Shown: piece after piece, positions 1-8,647 of the stretch
Layout: each line of letters starts with the position of its first letter
How positions within the stretch are numbered: the first letter of the stretch is position 1
From: a virus
Direction: 5' to 3' (one strand)
Virus record (IMG/VR): IMGVR_UViG_2936984999_000007
DNA: 64,000 nt
The notes under the pieces: model-generated
The model's input: the letters and a program-made list of their open reading frames with translations, nothing else
What the model was told of the DNA's origin: nothing
Database searches by the model: none
Made by a program: the position numbers and the translations under genes

Positions 1-474
1 GATCTAGCTTCTTTTACATCAATCCTGACAGACCTTTATGACCTCGCTTCTTCGTCTGATTACATACGAGATATGCGAATCAATGAGAAGCTTGGAACTT
101 TGCTCACATTGCTGATGGAGCAGTCCTGGCATCCAGAGAGTGTGACGGTGAGCCGAAAGAGAATGGAACTGGCGGCTGTAAAGGAGTATCTGGACGAGCA
201 TTATACGGAGAAGCTTACATTGGATGATTTGGCAGAGAAGTTCTTTATTAACAAGTTCTATCTGTCCAAAATCTTCAAAGAGACTTACGGAACAACGGTC
301 AACAACTATCTGATCTCAAAGCGGATCACCAGAGCCAAGCAGCTGCTTCGCTTCACAGATATGACTGTGGATGAGATCGGCGTTGGCGTTGGCATGGGAG
401 ATGCAAACTACTTTAGCCGGATGTTCCGCAAGGTGGAAGGTATCAGTCCAAGGGAGTACAGAAAGCAATGGTGA
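1..474 (+). CDS. AraC-family transcriptional regulator, C-terminal HTH domain (gene starts upstream of window)
   Basis: Frame 1 is open from nt 1. The translation carries the AraC double HTH signature (KLTLDDLAEKFFINKFYLSKIFKETYGTTVNNYLISKRITRAKQLL ... GDANYFSRMFRKVEGISPREYRK). Confidence 0.7.
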   Translation, partial: DLASFTSILTDLYDLASSSDYIRDMRINEKLGTLLTLLMEQSWHPESVTVSRKRMELAAVKEYLDEHYTEKLTLDDLAEKFFINKFYLSKIFKETYGTTVNNYLISKRITRAKQLLRFTDMTVDEIGVGVGMGDANYFSRMFRKVEGISPREYRKQW

Positions 475-527
475 ACACAGGGGTTTTCCTAAAAAACATA
501 TAGTTTGAAACGAAAATAAAAGGAGAA

Positions 528-1043
528 GTGTACATGGATACGAAGCCAATAATACTCACAGCCCCGGCCTTTGAAGACTTCAGAGGATATCTTGCTGTGC
601 CATACGACAAATCGGTGGATTTCACAATCTGTCAGATTAACCAGGGATACAGCAGGAAAGCGTTCACATTGCGTGGCTTGCACTTTCAGGAAGGGGAACA
701 CGCCCAAGCGAAGCTGGTGTCTTGCCTACATGGTTCGATCTTCAATGTGGCTGTGGATCTGCGCCCAGGAGAAACCTTCAGTCATGCTTACAGTGCGGTG
801 CTGTCTTTTGAAAATCGAAAGCAGATGCTAATTCCCAGAGGTTTTGCGCATGGATACCTGACGCTGGAAGATGATACCTTGATGCAGTGGTGTGTGGATA
901 ATGATTTCTGCGGTGAAGCTGCCAAGGCTGTGCGGTATGATTCGGATTTTGTCTGGGAAGGTGAGTCGTGGCCGGAAGCTGAGTATATAATATCGGAAAA
1001 AGATCGGAATGCTGTGAGATTGGAGAATTTTTGTGGGAGATAA
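528..1043 (+). CDS. dTDP-4-dehydrorhamnose 3,5-epimerase-like cupin (RmlC family)
   Basis: RmlC-like motifs: FEDFRGYL, RGLHFQ, KLVSCLHGSIFNVAVDLR, IPRGFAHGY. RBS AAAGGAGAAG precedes the ATG. Confidence 0.7.
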   Translation: MYMDTKPIILTAPAFEDFRGYLAVPYDKSVDFTICQINQGYSRKAFTLRGLHFQEGEHAQAKLVSCLHGSIFNVAVDLRPGETFSHAYSAVLSFENRKQMLIPRGFAHGYLTLEDDTLMQWCVDNDFCGEAAKAVRYDSDFVWEGESWPEAEYIISEKDRNAVRLENFCGR

Positions 1044-1833
1044 AAGACCATATAAACCAAGAAAACCCGGTGCTGGCCGGAAACCGTTGAAGCCGAACTA
1101 TGATGCGGCAGCTATCCTGCAGGAGCAGATGGAAGCGGCTGTGGCTCTCTATACAAATAATTCCCTTCAGACAATCGCAGACACACTATCTCTCAATCCC
1201 ATCAAGGTGCGGAAACTATTGATCACGGCCGGTGTTTATGAATCGGAAATTGCAAATGTGGTGAACGCTTCTTTTGAGGAAAAACAGGGGATGTCTTATA
1301 AAGAAGCATTGGAAGCGGTGGCTGCAGAACTGAATTTGTCAAAAGCATCTGTGACTTCTTACTTACCTTATAAGAAAGGCGTGTATTTCAGAGAAAACTG
1401 TGAGAGGGAGCAGATCAGCGTTGTGGCAGAGGGACTTCGACGAATGCGGCAGAGGCAGAAAGCAGTTGAAGAGTTAAAGCGTAGTCATGATGAGCAGCAC
1501 CTCTGGAAGTGTATCGTTGCTTTTCAAGGATACCGGTTCAAGACGATATCTGGATTGCCGTTTTCCTATAAGATCAAGACCGGGCGGAATGGGGAACTGA
1601 CCAAGGAACTGTGGATCGATCGTCGAGAAAGCAGTAAGAGCCTGACGTGGAGTTCGGTACTGCTGGCACTGGGGAATATAAAAGGAGAAGTGGTAGATCG
1701 CCCGAAAGCTCTGGGCGATATCCGGGGCGTAACTTATATATTCGGAATGTTCTACCGGTTCGGCCTGATCGATGTGCCAGACGAAGTGAAGGAGAAGATG
1801 AAGCACCCAAAGCAAAATACTGGTAAGCAATGA
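1033..1833 (+). CDS. hypothetical protein; GTG start at 1033 is uncertain
   Basis: Long ORF with a basic N-terminus and no recognisable family. Probably host-encoded. Confidence 0.35.
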   Translation: MGDKRPYKPRKPGAGRKPLKPNYDAAAILQEQMEAAVALYTNNSLQTIADTLSLNPIKVRKLLITAGVYESEIANVVNASFEEKQGMSYKEALEAVAAELNLSKASVTSYLPYKKGVYFRENCEREQISVVAEGLRRMRQRQKAVEELKRSHDEQHLWKCIVAFQGYRFKTISGLPFSYKIKTGRNGELTKELWIDRRESSKSLTWSSVLLALGNIKGEVVDRPKALGDIRGVTYIFGMFYRFGLIDVPDEVKEKMKHPKQNTGKQ

Positions 1834-1896
1834 AAAATTCAGTTGCTATGTATAGAACTGTGAGGTAATATCCATCCTAACCAGGGGCAGAATGTA

Positions 1897-2280
1897 TTGC
1901 TCACGGTTAGGAAGGTAGGTAGCATTATAGAAAAACTGAAAGAGATGCTAGAGGAATACTTAAAGAAAACGAAACCGAAGTATTATCCGCCAGTGGAGAA
2001 CTTGCTGGATCTGGTGTATGAGCATTACACAGAAAATAACAGCATTGCACCGGAGAATACAGTGGCCGGGAAAGCCGCAAAGGAAAAAGAAAAGGAACTG
2101 GAAACATGGCTTCGAGACTTGCCGAGGATGGATGAGATGGTTGAGGACTACGGAATAGACATTCCGCTTTGGGAAAAAATCATGGACCAGCAAGGCAGTG
2201 TGTGCTGTGCATGGGAGAAGACTGCTTTTGAGGAAGGCATGAAAGTCGGAATCAGGCTTATGATGGAAGCAATGAAGTAA
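1897..2280 (+). CDS. hypothetical protein
   Basis: ORF followed by hairpin 2321-2351. Confidence 0.4.
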   Translation: MLTVRKVGSIIEKLKEMLEEYLKKTKPKYYPPVENLLDLVYEHYTENNSIAPENTVAGKAAKEKEKELETWLRDLPRMDEMVEDYGIDIPLWEKIMDQQGSVCCAWEKTAFEEGMKVGIRLMMEAMK

Positions 2281-2320
2281 GTGCGATCCATTCCATATAG
2301 TTTGTAATGGAAATAAAAAT

Positions 2321-2351
2321 CCCTCACTGCGGTGTATGTACACAGTGAGGG
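2321..2351. terminator. hairpin CCCTCACTG-N13-CAGTGAGGG, flanked by an A/T run (bidirectional-like)
   Basis: Perfect 9 bp stem. A T-run follows on the minus strand (aaataaaaat on the plus strand). Confidence 0.5.
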
Positions 2352-2367
2352 TGATGTTCGTATATAA

Positions 2368-2553
2368 TTACTTTTCTTCAGCTTTTTTCTTCTTCGGAGC
2401 AATTTTATGACCGGAGTAGATTGCCATGCCCATGCAGATCAGGGAGCCGTAGGCAAAATATTTGTGAGCCTGCCGCAGTTTTTTGCAACCTGTGTAGAAA
2501 CAGCCTGTCATGCAAGCGAGTGCTCCGAGTGACCAATATTTATGTGCTTTCAT
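2368..2553 (-). CDS. small Cys-rich membrane protein, hypothetical
   Basis: 61 aa ORF with a hydrophobic core. First gene-like ORF at the presumed prophage left edge. Confidence 0.3.
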   Translation of the reverse strand: MKAHKYWSLGALACMTGCFYTGCKKLRQAHKYFAYGSLICMGMAIYSGHKIAPKKKKAEEK

Positions 2554-2569
2554 TATGTGTGTTCTCCTT

Positions 2570-2740
2570 TCAGTCGTTATCTTCTGCCCGAATTCTGAGC
2601 AGTTCTTTTACTTCGGTATCTGTTGCCTGCCGTACTGCTGCGTGATCGTTATATTCTATTGCGCCGCAATCAGGGCAACGGTCAGGGAACTTCTCGGCAG
2701 AGAAACAGTAGTGGCAGGTATCGCAGTAATAGTAGTTCAC
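2570..2740 (-). CDS. small zinc-ribbon protein (CxxC ... CPDCG), GTG start abutting the immA stop
   Basis: Minus-strand translation VNYYYCDTCHYCFSAEKFPDRCPDCGAIEYNDH.... Not in the ORF track (GTG start, under 60 aa). Start overlaps the immA stop, consistent with translational coupling. Confidence 0.3.
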   Translation of the reverse strand: MNYYYCDTCHYCFSAEKFPDRCPDCGAIEYNDHAAVRQATDTEVKELLRIRAEDND

Positions 2741-2741
2741 C

Positions 2742-3401
2742 TCATTTCACCTCGCTATTCTTCATGGAGTCTTTCAGAAAATCATTGTGGAGTTCAGGAA
2801 GAACTGGCAGCTGATATCCTTTTGCCGCGAGGATGTTCAGCTTAAAATCTACGAAGTGTTTTTCAATTTCGATTTTCTGGGCAATCTCAGCCGGGGTGAG
2901 TACATCACCGTGTGTATACAGGAATTCCTGTAAAAGTTCCTGATACTTCATCGCCCGGTAAGCTGCAGATGCGTGGGATGGCATATTTGTCTCCAGATGA
3001 ATCCGGTCGGCATTGAATTCGTAATAGCCAATCGGTTTAAGAATATCATCGTCCGACAGAAGCAGTTCGGAAGCAAAGATATTTGCTCGTCTTTCTGCCT
3101 TGGAGTTGTCCAGACTATAAAAATAGGTGTCTTGAAATGCCTGGCCGGAGCTGGCATGCTTCCGGTCAAACAGTGCGTGTCCCAGTTCATGAGCCAGAGC
3201 AGATATACGCTGGGCAGCTGTACAATTCGGATTGATGCCGATATATTCGCAGTTCAGCAGGACGGTATAGTAACCCAGAAGGTCGTGGCAAAAACGGATG
3301 TCTTTCAATTTGATAGCCCGTTGTGAGATGATTTCTTCTGGATTCCGGGTCTTATAGCGGCGAACCACAGCATCGGCGGTATCAATTATGCGTGTGTTCA
3401 A
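2742..3401 (-). CDS. immA: ImmA/IrrE-family zinc metallopeptidase (anti-repressor protease)
   Basis: HEXXH motif (AHELGHALF) and DUF955-like architecture. TTG start with RBS GGAGGAAAGGAG. Lies directly downstream of the XRE repressor in the same operon. Confidence 0.8.
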   Translation of the reverse strand: MNTRIIDTADAVVRRYKTRNPEEIISQRAIKLKDIRFCHDLLGYYTVLLNCEYIGINPNCTAAQRISALAHELGHALFDRKHASSGQAFQDTYFYSLDNSKAERRANIFASELLLSDDDILKPIGYYEFNADRIHLETNMPSHASAAYRAMKYQELLQEFLYTHGDVLTPAEIAQKIEIEKHFVDFKLNILAAKGYQLPVLPELHNDFLKDSMKNSEVK

Positions 3402-3436
3402 AGTAGACTCCTTTCCTCCGGAGTAAATGTGACTCT

Positions 3437-3946
3437 TTACCGCAGATATTTTTTTGGAGTAAATTTCTTCGCATCAGCTTTTGCATCGAGGAAAAGTGCT
3501 TCCATTTCTTTGATAAATGCCGCTTGATCTTCTTCGGACAGTTCACCGCCTGCAAATAGAGCTGTGGTCTGTTCTTTTATTTTCTTTGCCTGTGCAACAC
3601 CACGGGAGCCATACTTTTTTCGTACATCTGCATAGAAGAGGTCATCGTTGAGTTCTTGCTGGAAAGTGGCCTCATCCATAAAATAATCAGTGGTGACTCC
3701 AAGAGCTGCGGCAATCTTCTGGATTGCATCTACGCTTGGTTCACGCTGGTTGGATTCAATATAGCGGATCGCACGGTCTGACATAGAAGCCCGACGTGCC
3801 AGTTCAGCCATACTCATGTGCTGGGCGGTGCGGAGGGCTTTTATTTTATCTCCGTTGGTTGCGTCAGGAGCCAGAGTAGTGGCGGCTTCTGCCTTGGCAT
3901 CCTGTGTGTTAAGTGGACTGGTTTCAAAGTTTGTTTCTTTTTTCAT
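3437..3946 (-). CDS. immR: XRE-family HTH repressor (ImmR/CI-like)
   Basis: HTH: IKALRTAQHMSMAELARRASMSDRAIRYIESNQREPSVDAIQKIAAALG. Preferred start is the ATG at 3946 (MKKETNF) with RBS GGAGG. The ORF-track start at 4000 has no RBS. Confidence 0.8.
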   Translation of the reverse strand: MKKETNFETSPLNTQDAKAEAATTLAPDATNGDKIKALRTAQHMSMAELARRASMSDRAIRYIESNQREPSVDAIQKIAAALGVTTDYFMDEATFQQELNDDLFYADVRKKYGSRGVAQAKKIKEQTTALFAGGELSEEDQAAFIKEMEALFLDAKADAKKFTPKKYLR

Positions 3947-4025
3947 GTCATGCCTCCATGTGGGATAACCTGTTGTCTGTTGGAGGGAAAGCACCAACAT
4001 TTACAACATAATTTTGTAAAGCTAC

Positions 4026-4054
4026 TTGACAAGGAACAACTGTTCCTATATACT
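4026..4054 (+). promoter_or_regulatory. sigma-A-like promoter TTGACA-17-TATACT, overlapping operator O1
   Basis: Hexamers at 4026-4031 and 4049-4054. The spacer contains the palindrome AGGAACAACTGTTCCT (4032-4047). Confidence 0.55.
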
Positions 4055-4069
4055 AAGAACAAAGGTTCG

Positions 4070-4083
4070 GGAACTCATGTTCC
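4070..4083. promoter_or_regulatory. operator O2, GGAAC-TCAT-GTTCC palindrome (same family as O1)
   Basis: Perfect 5+4+5 palindrome. Overlaps the -10 of the leftward immR promoter. Confidence 0.55.
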
Positions 4084-4084
4084 T

Positions 4085-4113
4085 ATAATACAATAGAAGG
4101 TTGTAGAAGTCAA
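4085..4113 (-). promoter_or_regulatory. sigma-A-like promoter for immR (TTGACT-17-TATTAT on the minus strand)
   Basis: Reverse complement of 4108-4113 is TTGACT; reverse complement of 4085-4090 is TATTAT; 17 bp spacer. Confidence 0.55.
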
Positions 4114-4196
4114 GAGGTGATTTTGGAAGTAATTCGTTGAAATGTATGGTGAAAAGGGTACACTAAAAACATTTCAAAAATTAAATTGGAAATGTA

Positions 4197-4225
4197 TTGA
4201 CTTATACTACGATAGATGATAGTAT
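4197..4225 (+). promoter_or_regulatory. promoter TTGACT-17-TAGTAT in front of the S/M genes, flanked by GAAATGT/ACATTTC half-sites
   Basis: Half-sites at 4140, 4168, 4190, 4237 and 4246. The perfect palindrome ACATTTCAAATGT lies at 4239-4251. Confidence 0.5.
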
Positions 4226-4275
4226 ATGTACATGAAAAACATTTCAAATGTATAAAACGAAATGGCGGTGAAAGT

Positions 4276-4887
4276 ATGAATGTTGAATTTGGAGATTTGA
4301 TGGGAATGAGCATGGTCGGAAGCATCATGTCCAGACTGCAGATAAAAGAGGATGACAGGATAAAGGGAATCAAAGCTGAAAAAGTTACCGTTCTGGTACC
4401 GAAAGCAATTTCTAATGGTAGTGTAAACCATCAAGAGTTGACAGAGTACGAGGTAAAGGAAGGAAGTGGACAATCACGGCTGACTGTTGTCGATGATATT
4501 GTTATAAAGCTGACAACACCTTATAGCTGTGCGCTGATTACGGAAGAAGATGAGGATTTGGTTGTTCCGTCCTATTGTATGATATGCAGAGATTTTGATA
4601 CGCAAGAAGTGGATTTAGACTATCTGGTTGGCTATCTGAATACTGAATATGCACGACAACTTCTTACGGCTGGGGTTGCTGCAACAACCAATTCGATGTT
4701 AAAGCCTAAAGATGTACATCGACTTCCAGTACCAATGCTTCCAATAGAGGAACAGAGATTGCTTGGGAGACTTTATAGGCTGAGTTCTGAGAAACAGTTG
4801 GTGTTGAAGCAGATGCTTACGAATGAAGAAGCGATGGCAGATAATCTTATAACATCAGCGATTTTGGGGGTGATGAAGGATGAATGA
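4276..4887 (+). CDS. type I restriction-modification specificity subunit-like protein (half-HsdS, single TRD)
   Basis: C-terminal conserved HsdS region: LDYLVGYLNTEYARQLL ... LPVPMLPIEEQRLLGRLYRL. The ORF-track start at 4216 lies inside the promoter, so the ATG at 4276 (RBS GGCGGTGAAAGT) is preferred. Confidence 0.6.
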   Translation: MNVEFGDLMGMSMVGSIMSRLQIKEDDRIKGIKAEKVTVLVPKAISNGSVNHQELTEYEVKEGSGQSRLTVVDDIVIKLTTPYSCALITEEDEDLVVPSYCMICRDFDTQEVDLDYLVGYLNTEYARQLLTAGVAATTNSMLKPKDVHRLPVPMLPIEEQRLLGRLYRLSSEKQLVLKQMLTNEEAMADNLITSAILGVMKDE

Positions 4888-6343
4888 TATAAAGTTGGTT
4901 GAAAGTAACGAACAGCCGATGAAAAATCATTTGCTATCGAGTCATGAAAGGATTCGATCAATATATTGGGCAATAGAATTAGAACTACGAGGCTGGGATA
5001 TTAGAAGTGCTTTTGTAGGGGGAACGGTATCTGCTATCGTGTATGTGACTTTTCTAAAATACATCTCAGACAGAAGAGATCAGTTAGGACTACAAGTTTC
5101 AGACTTGTATAGATATGATGCCTTGCTTAATCTATATCCAAATGTGGTTAACCAGCAAGAATTGTGCGAATACCTGGATGATGTGGAAAGACAACTGGGG
5201 CTTTCTCAGCGGCTGCTCCAAAATTTTGTGCTGGACATAAAAAGCCCTAATTTAGATACAAAATTTTTGAATGCTTTACACATTGCAAATGAATTGGACT
5301 TTAGAAGTAATGATATAGCACAAATTGAAATCGAAGAGCTTGTTCGTATTGTGGAAAAGGTGATTGAATCAGAAGGGAAGGTAAGTGGGCTTGTATATAC
5401 GCCTTGGGCTATTTCGACTTTAATGAGCGAAATCTGTCAGATTAAAGATGGAATGTCCGTATATGATCCGTGCGCTGGTTGTGGACTTTCTCTTATTCAA
5501 GCAATAAGAGGGAAAGACGTTAGCGTATTTGCACAGGAACAAAATATGCACATTGCTGCAATTCTTGAAATGCTACTTATTATGACTGGTGTGCGTAAGG
5601 GAGCAGTCCGGTGCGATGATTCGATTTGGCATCCATTAACGCAGACTTTCAATCAGAAGTTTGATTGTGTTATCAGTGAGCCGCCTTATATGAGGCCAGA
5701 AACATCCTATAGAATGTCGATTGATAAAAATCTGATTGGTCAAGTCTTATACTATCCGGACCAGAAGATTGAGGATACGTGGATTTTTATTAGACATATA
5801 GTGGCGTCTCTTAAAGAGAATGGCAAAGCAGCGGTACTAGTGCCAATGTCAATGCTAACTCGTGAAGGATCAGCTGCTGTCAGTAGGAAGAAACTGATAG
5901 CAGATGGTTATATAGATAGTGTTATTGAACTTCCGGCAAACGCATTCTCAAATCGGAATATGAAAACATCAATTCTAATTTTGCGTAAAGAAAGGCCGAT
6001 TCATAATATATATATGCTGGATCTGTCGAGAGGCTTATGGGACGAAAAGTGTAAGACTGGAAAAGATGGAATTGCCGAAATTACAGAGATGGTGCTTAAT
6101 CGTAAAATAGTTACGGGTGCGTCAGATATAGTAGAAACGGAAGAAATTGTTCAAAACGCTTATCAGTTAGGAGTTTCTCGTTATGTGCCGCAGGAAATTG
6201 ATGTGGAACAGTTTTTAGCAGATTCCGTAAAGCTGTATCGGACGGCAGATAAGCTGGAAGCAAAGTTTGAAAGATTATGCAGAGAGTTTAAAGAAGCAAT
6301 GGATGATTATAATGGATATTGCAATGAAAGAAAGTCGAAATGA
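4880..6343 (+). CDS. N6-adenine DNA methyltransferase, type I HsdM-like
   Basis: Motif I LVYTPWAISTLMSEICQ ... VYDPCAGCGLSL. Motif IV variant VISEPPYM (EPPY in place of NPPF). Overlaps the stop of the S gene. No R subunit in the window. Confidence 0.7.
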   Translation: MNDIKLVESNEQPMKNHLLSSHERIRSIYWAIELELRGWDIRSAFVGGTVSAIVYVTFLKYISDRRDQLGLQVSDLYRYDALLNLYPNVVNQQELCEYLDDVERQLGLSQRLLQNFVLDIKSPNLDTKFLNALHIANELDFRSNDIAQIEIEELVRIVEKVIESEGKVSGLVYTPWAISTLMSEICQIKDGMSVYDPCAGCGLSLIQAIRGKDVSVFAQEQNMHIAAILEMLLIMTGVRKGAVRCDDSIWHPLTQTFNQKFDCVISEPPYMRPETSYRMSIDKNLIGQVLYYPDQKIEDTWIFIRHIVASLKENGKAAVLVPMSMLTREGSAAVSRKKLIADGYIDSVIELPANAFSNRNMKTSILILRKERPIHNIYMLDLSRGLWDEKCKTGKDGIAEITEMVLNRKIVTGASDIVETEEIVQNAYQLGVSRYVPQEIDVEQFLADSVKLYRTADKLEAKFERLCREFKEAMDDYNGYCNERKSK

Positions 6344-6356
6344 AGGAGGAAACCGT

Positions 6357-6554
6357 ATGGAGAATGAAATCTATCCAATTATGACAGAGGATGGAAAAAT
6401 GTTTTGCAAGTGTCGTAATGATGGAACAACAGTTGAACTGATTGGAAAAAACTGCTCGATGTCTATACAGGAACTTGTATCAAAGGCTTCAAATCCGAAA
6501 ATGGCACAGCAGCGCCGGTTTAAGCGGAAAAATAGAACGACAAAACAAATTTAA
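6357..6554 (+). CDS. small hypothetical protein (65 aa)
   Basis: Strong RBS AGGAGGAAACCGT before the ATG at 6357. The ORF-track start at 6267 would overlap the MTase. Confidence 0.3.
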   Translation: MENEIYPIMTEDGKMFCKCRNDGTTVELIGKNCSMSIQELVSKASNPKMAQQRRFKRKNRTTKQI

Positions 6555-6740
6555 GAAAAAAATGCTAGGCAACCCTGCGATATGGCCACAGTGTGCAAGC
6601 GGATTATTTCCCCCGAAGCATTGGACTGTGCGGTTATAGAACCTAATCATATCGACAAATCAGAGGAAGTCAGTAGAACAAATACGAATAATTTCTTACT
6701 CTAGAGCGAACCGAGTGGGATGGAATCCACTAAGAGAAAA

Positions 6741-6835
6741 GCCGGGGTAGATAAAAGTTTTATGGTATAGCCTGTACTCAAATTATTTTGAGTCTTGCAG
6801 ACAGGAACTTTTATCTTCCTCGGCTTTTTTTGTTG
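6741..6835. terminator. large compound hairpin (about 23 bp imperfect stem with a nested hairpin) followed by T7
   Basis: AAAAGCCGGGGTAGATAAAAGTT ... AACTTTTATCTTCCTCGGCTTTTTTT, with inner stem CTCAAA/TTTGAG. Ends the S/M operon. Confidence 0.55.
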
Positions 6836-7007
6836 GTATCAGCATAGACAAAATATTTTAGCATAATCGTTAATATACTTAAATATAACAAAAACATACA
6901 GAAAAATATATATTTCGGCGCGAAAAACGCAATCTGTTTCGATGTCGAAAAAGACACAAACAGGATATTATAAAGTAGGGAACTACACAGGAGAGGAGGT
7001 GGATTGA

Positions 7008-7355
7008 GTGACCGAGGAAGAAAAGCGGTTCCATGAAAAAATGGCTGACCGACTAATTGAAACACGAGAAGCAGCGGGAATGACGCAGGAGAAACTGGCC
7101 GAAAAAGTCGGCCTCCAAAGCAACTCAATCCACCGATATGAAGCCGCAGAGCGAAAAATCAACCTTTTTACAGCTGTAAAGATGGCCGACGCTCTTAATA
7201 CAACAGTGGACAAGCTGGTTCCGGAGGAGTACATACACAAAACTGAAAAGACGGATATTGAGAGAGAAGCAGAGGATGTATTCCACCAGCTATCACCAGA
7301 AGAACAAAAAATGCTCCTTCGACAGATGAAGGGGCTGCTGGCAGTACCAGCATGA
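7008..7355 (+). CDS. XRE-family HTH protein (Cro-like early regulator), GTG start
   Basis: HTH: REAAGMTQEKLAEKVGLQSNSIHRYEAAERKINLFTAVKMADAL. RBS AGGAGGTG. AT-rich promoter region 6840-7000 contains the TTTCGA-TG-TCGAAA inverted repeat. Confidence 0.6.
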   Translation: MTEEEKRFHEKMADRLIETREAAGMTQEKLAEKVGLQSNSIHRYEAAERKINLFTAVKMADALNTTVDKLVPEEYIHKTEKTDIEREAEDVFHQLSPEEQKMLLRQMKGLLAVPA

Positions 7356-7364
7356 ACCGTGCAG

Positions 7365-7392
7365 TAGAAGGTTACTGTGCGGTTTTTATTTT
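7365..7392 (+). terminator. intrinsic terminator (GCAGTA-N6-TACTGTGC + TTTTTATTTT)
   Basis: Hairpin followed by a T-run immediately after the stop of the 7008-7355 gene. Confidence 0.5.
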
Positions 7393-7427
7393 GTCATTGG
7401 CGGTCCTCCATGCCAATTATTTTTGAA

Positions 7428-7443
7428 TTTCTACCAAATGGTA
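7428..7443. promoter_or_regulatory. perfect 16 bp palindrome TCTACCAAATGGTAGA in a 440 nt non-coding region
   Basis: Read directly from the sequence; candidate operator. Confidence 0.35.
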
Positions 7444-7794
7444 GAGCGGGAAACATATCTTCAACAGTCTGGTTGAGGAAAGCCGTTGGTCATTTTGTTA
7501 TCATGTAATCAGTCCAAGGGACAAGCCCACAGAGTCAAATGAAAGCATCTGTCGGCAAGCCCCGGACAAATAAAAAAATATCGTAAGCCCGATTCTAGAG
7601 CAGGCGAAGGATACCATAGCAGAACTTCACAGAACAGCGATTTATTTGCTGGCTGTGGAGGTGTGCGGTTGGGATTATTCCTGCTGTCTCTGGAATCGGG
7701 CTTTTTTGTTTTATGCTCCTGCCAGATAGATCAGTGCCTCATCAGCATCCTGCTTTGGTATCTTTCCCTTTCAGAGTCCGGGGGAAAGGACAAA

Positions 7795-8553
7795 ACAATG
7801 ATGATGAACATGATGACTGGAGCAGTTGCAATCAATGGTGGCGTTGGTGTGATGGAGGTCCGCCAGCCGCAGGTAATGGAGAAAGCGGTACAGGACGCAG
7901 GACATATCGCCGCCGATATCGCGGAGAACGCACACATTACCTTACATGAACTGAAGGAAAAGATCGATGCAGTGGTGGAGAAAAAGCTGCCGAGTTTCAA
8001 GGCCCTCATGGAAATGAATCCGATGGCTGTAGCCCGGACGACTGTGAATGATGCTTCTCTGACTGTTTACCAGAACGGCTATGCAGTTTACGAGATGGAC
8101 GGCGCACACACGGTCATGGCAGTGGAGCGCTGCGGGGATTACCGCTATGACTTCACGGACGATACATATCAGGTAGTGCCGGCTGAGACTTTTGAGGAGA
8201 CTGAGTGGAGCGTACGTCTGCTCATGGAAGGGGAACGCCGGATGGAGCACAATCGGAATAATCGTACTGCTGAGACTGAAAATGTGTCCCTGGAATGCGA
8301 TGGCTCCGACTGGTCCGCAGCAGTTATGGTGGATTTTTTGGATGAGGATAATGCCGAGATGTTGGCAGATCAGGAACTTCGCCGTCTGTATGCAGCCATG
8401 AGTAAGCTGACCGAGCGTCAGACGGAAATCCTTCAGCTTTATTTTTATAAAGGTATGAACCAATACGAGATTGCAGAGGAACTTGGCATCTGCCAGCAGT
8501 CGGTTAACCGGATCATGAATCAGGCAGTAAAAAGGCTGAGAAAAAATTTCTAA
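7795..8553 (+). CDS. sigma-70 region-4 domain protein (phage sigma-factor-like regulator)
   Basis: C-terminus LTERQTEILQLYFYKGMNQYEIAEELGICQQSVNRIMNQAVKRLRK matches a sigma-70 r4 HTH. RBS GGGGGAAAGGA before ATGATGATG at 7795. Confidence 0.55.
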   Translation, partial: TMMMNMMTGAVAINGGVGVMEVRQPQVMEKAVQDAGHIAADIAENAHITLHELKEKIDAVVEKKLPSFKALMEMNPMAVARTTVNDASLTVYQNGYAVYEMDGAHTVMAVERCGDYRYDFTDDTYQVVPAETFEETEWSVRLLMEGERRMEHNRNNRTAETENVSLECDGSDWSAAVMVDFLDEDNAEMLADQELRRLYAAMSKLTERQTEILQLYFYKGMNQYEIAEELGICQQSVNRIMNQAVKRLRKNF

Positions 8554-8647
8554 AAAAGTTTTTAGAAAAGTGTCTGTTAAAAGGCTCAAAAAGATGTTCA
8601 TAGTGAGAGGGTTACTTCTCAAGTACATGAACAGGAGGTCAGAACTT

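Noticed and set aside
1-2350. Integrase at the left prophage end
   Set aside because: No tyrosine or serine recombinase signature lies in this segment, which encodes an AraC tail, an RmlC-like protein and two hypotheticals. The integrase is presumably beyond the right edge of the window.
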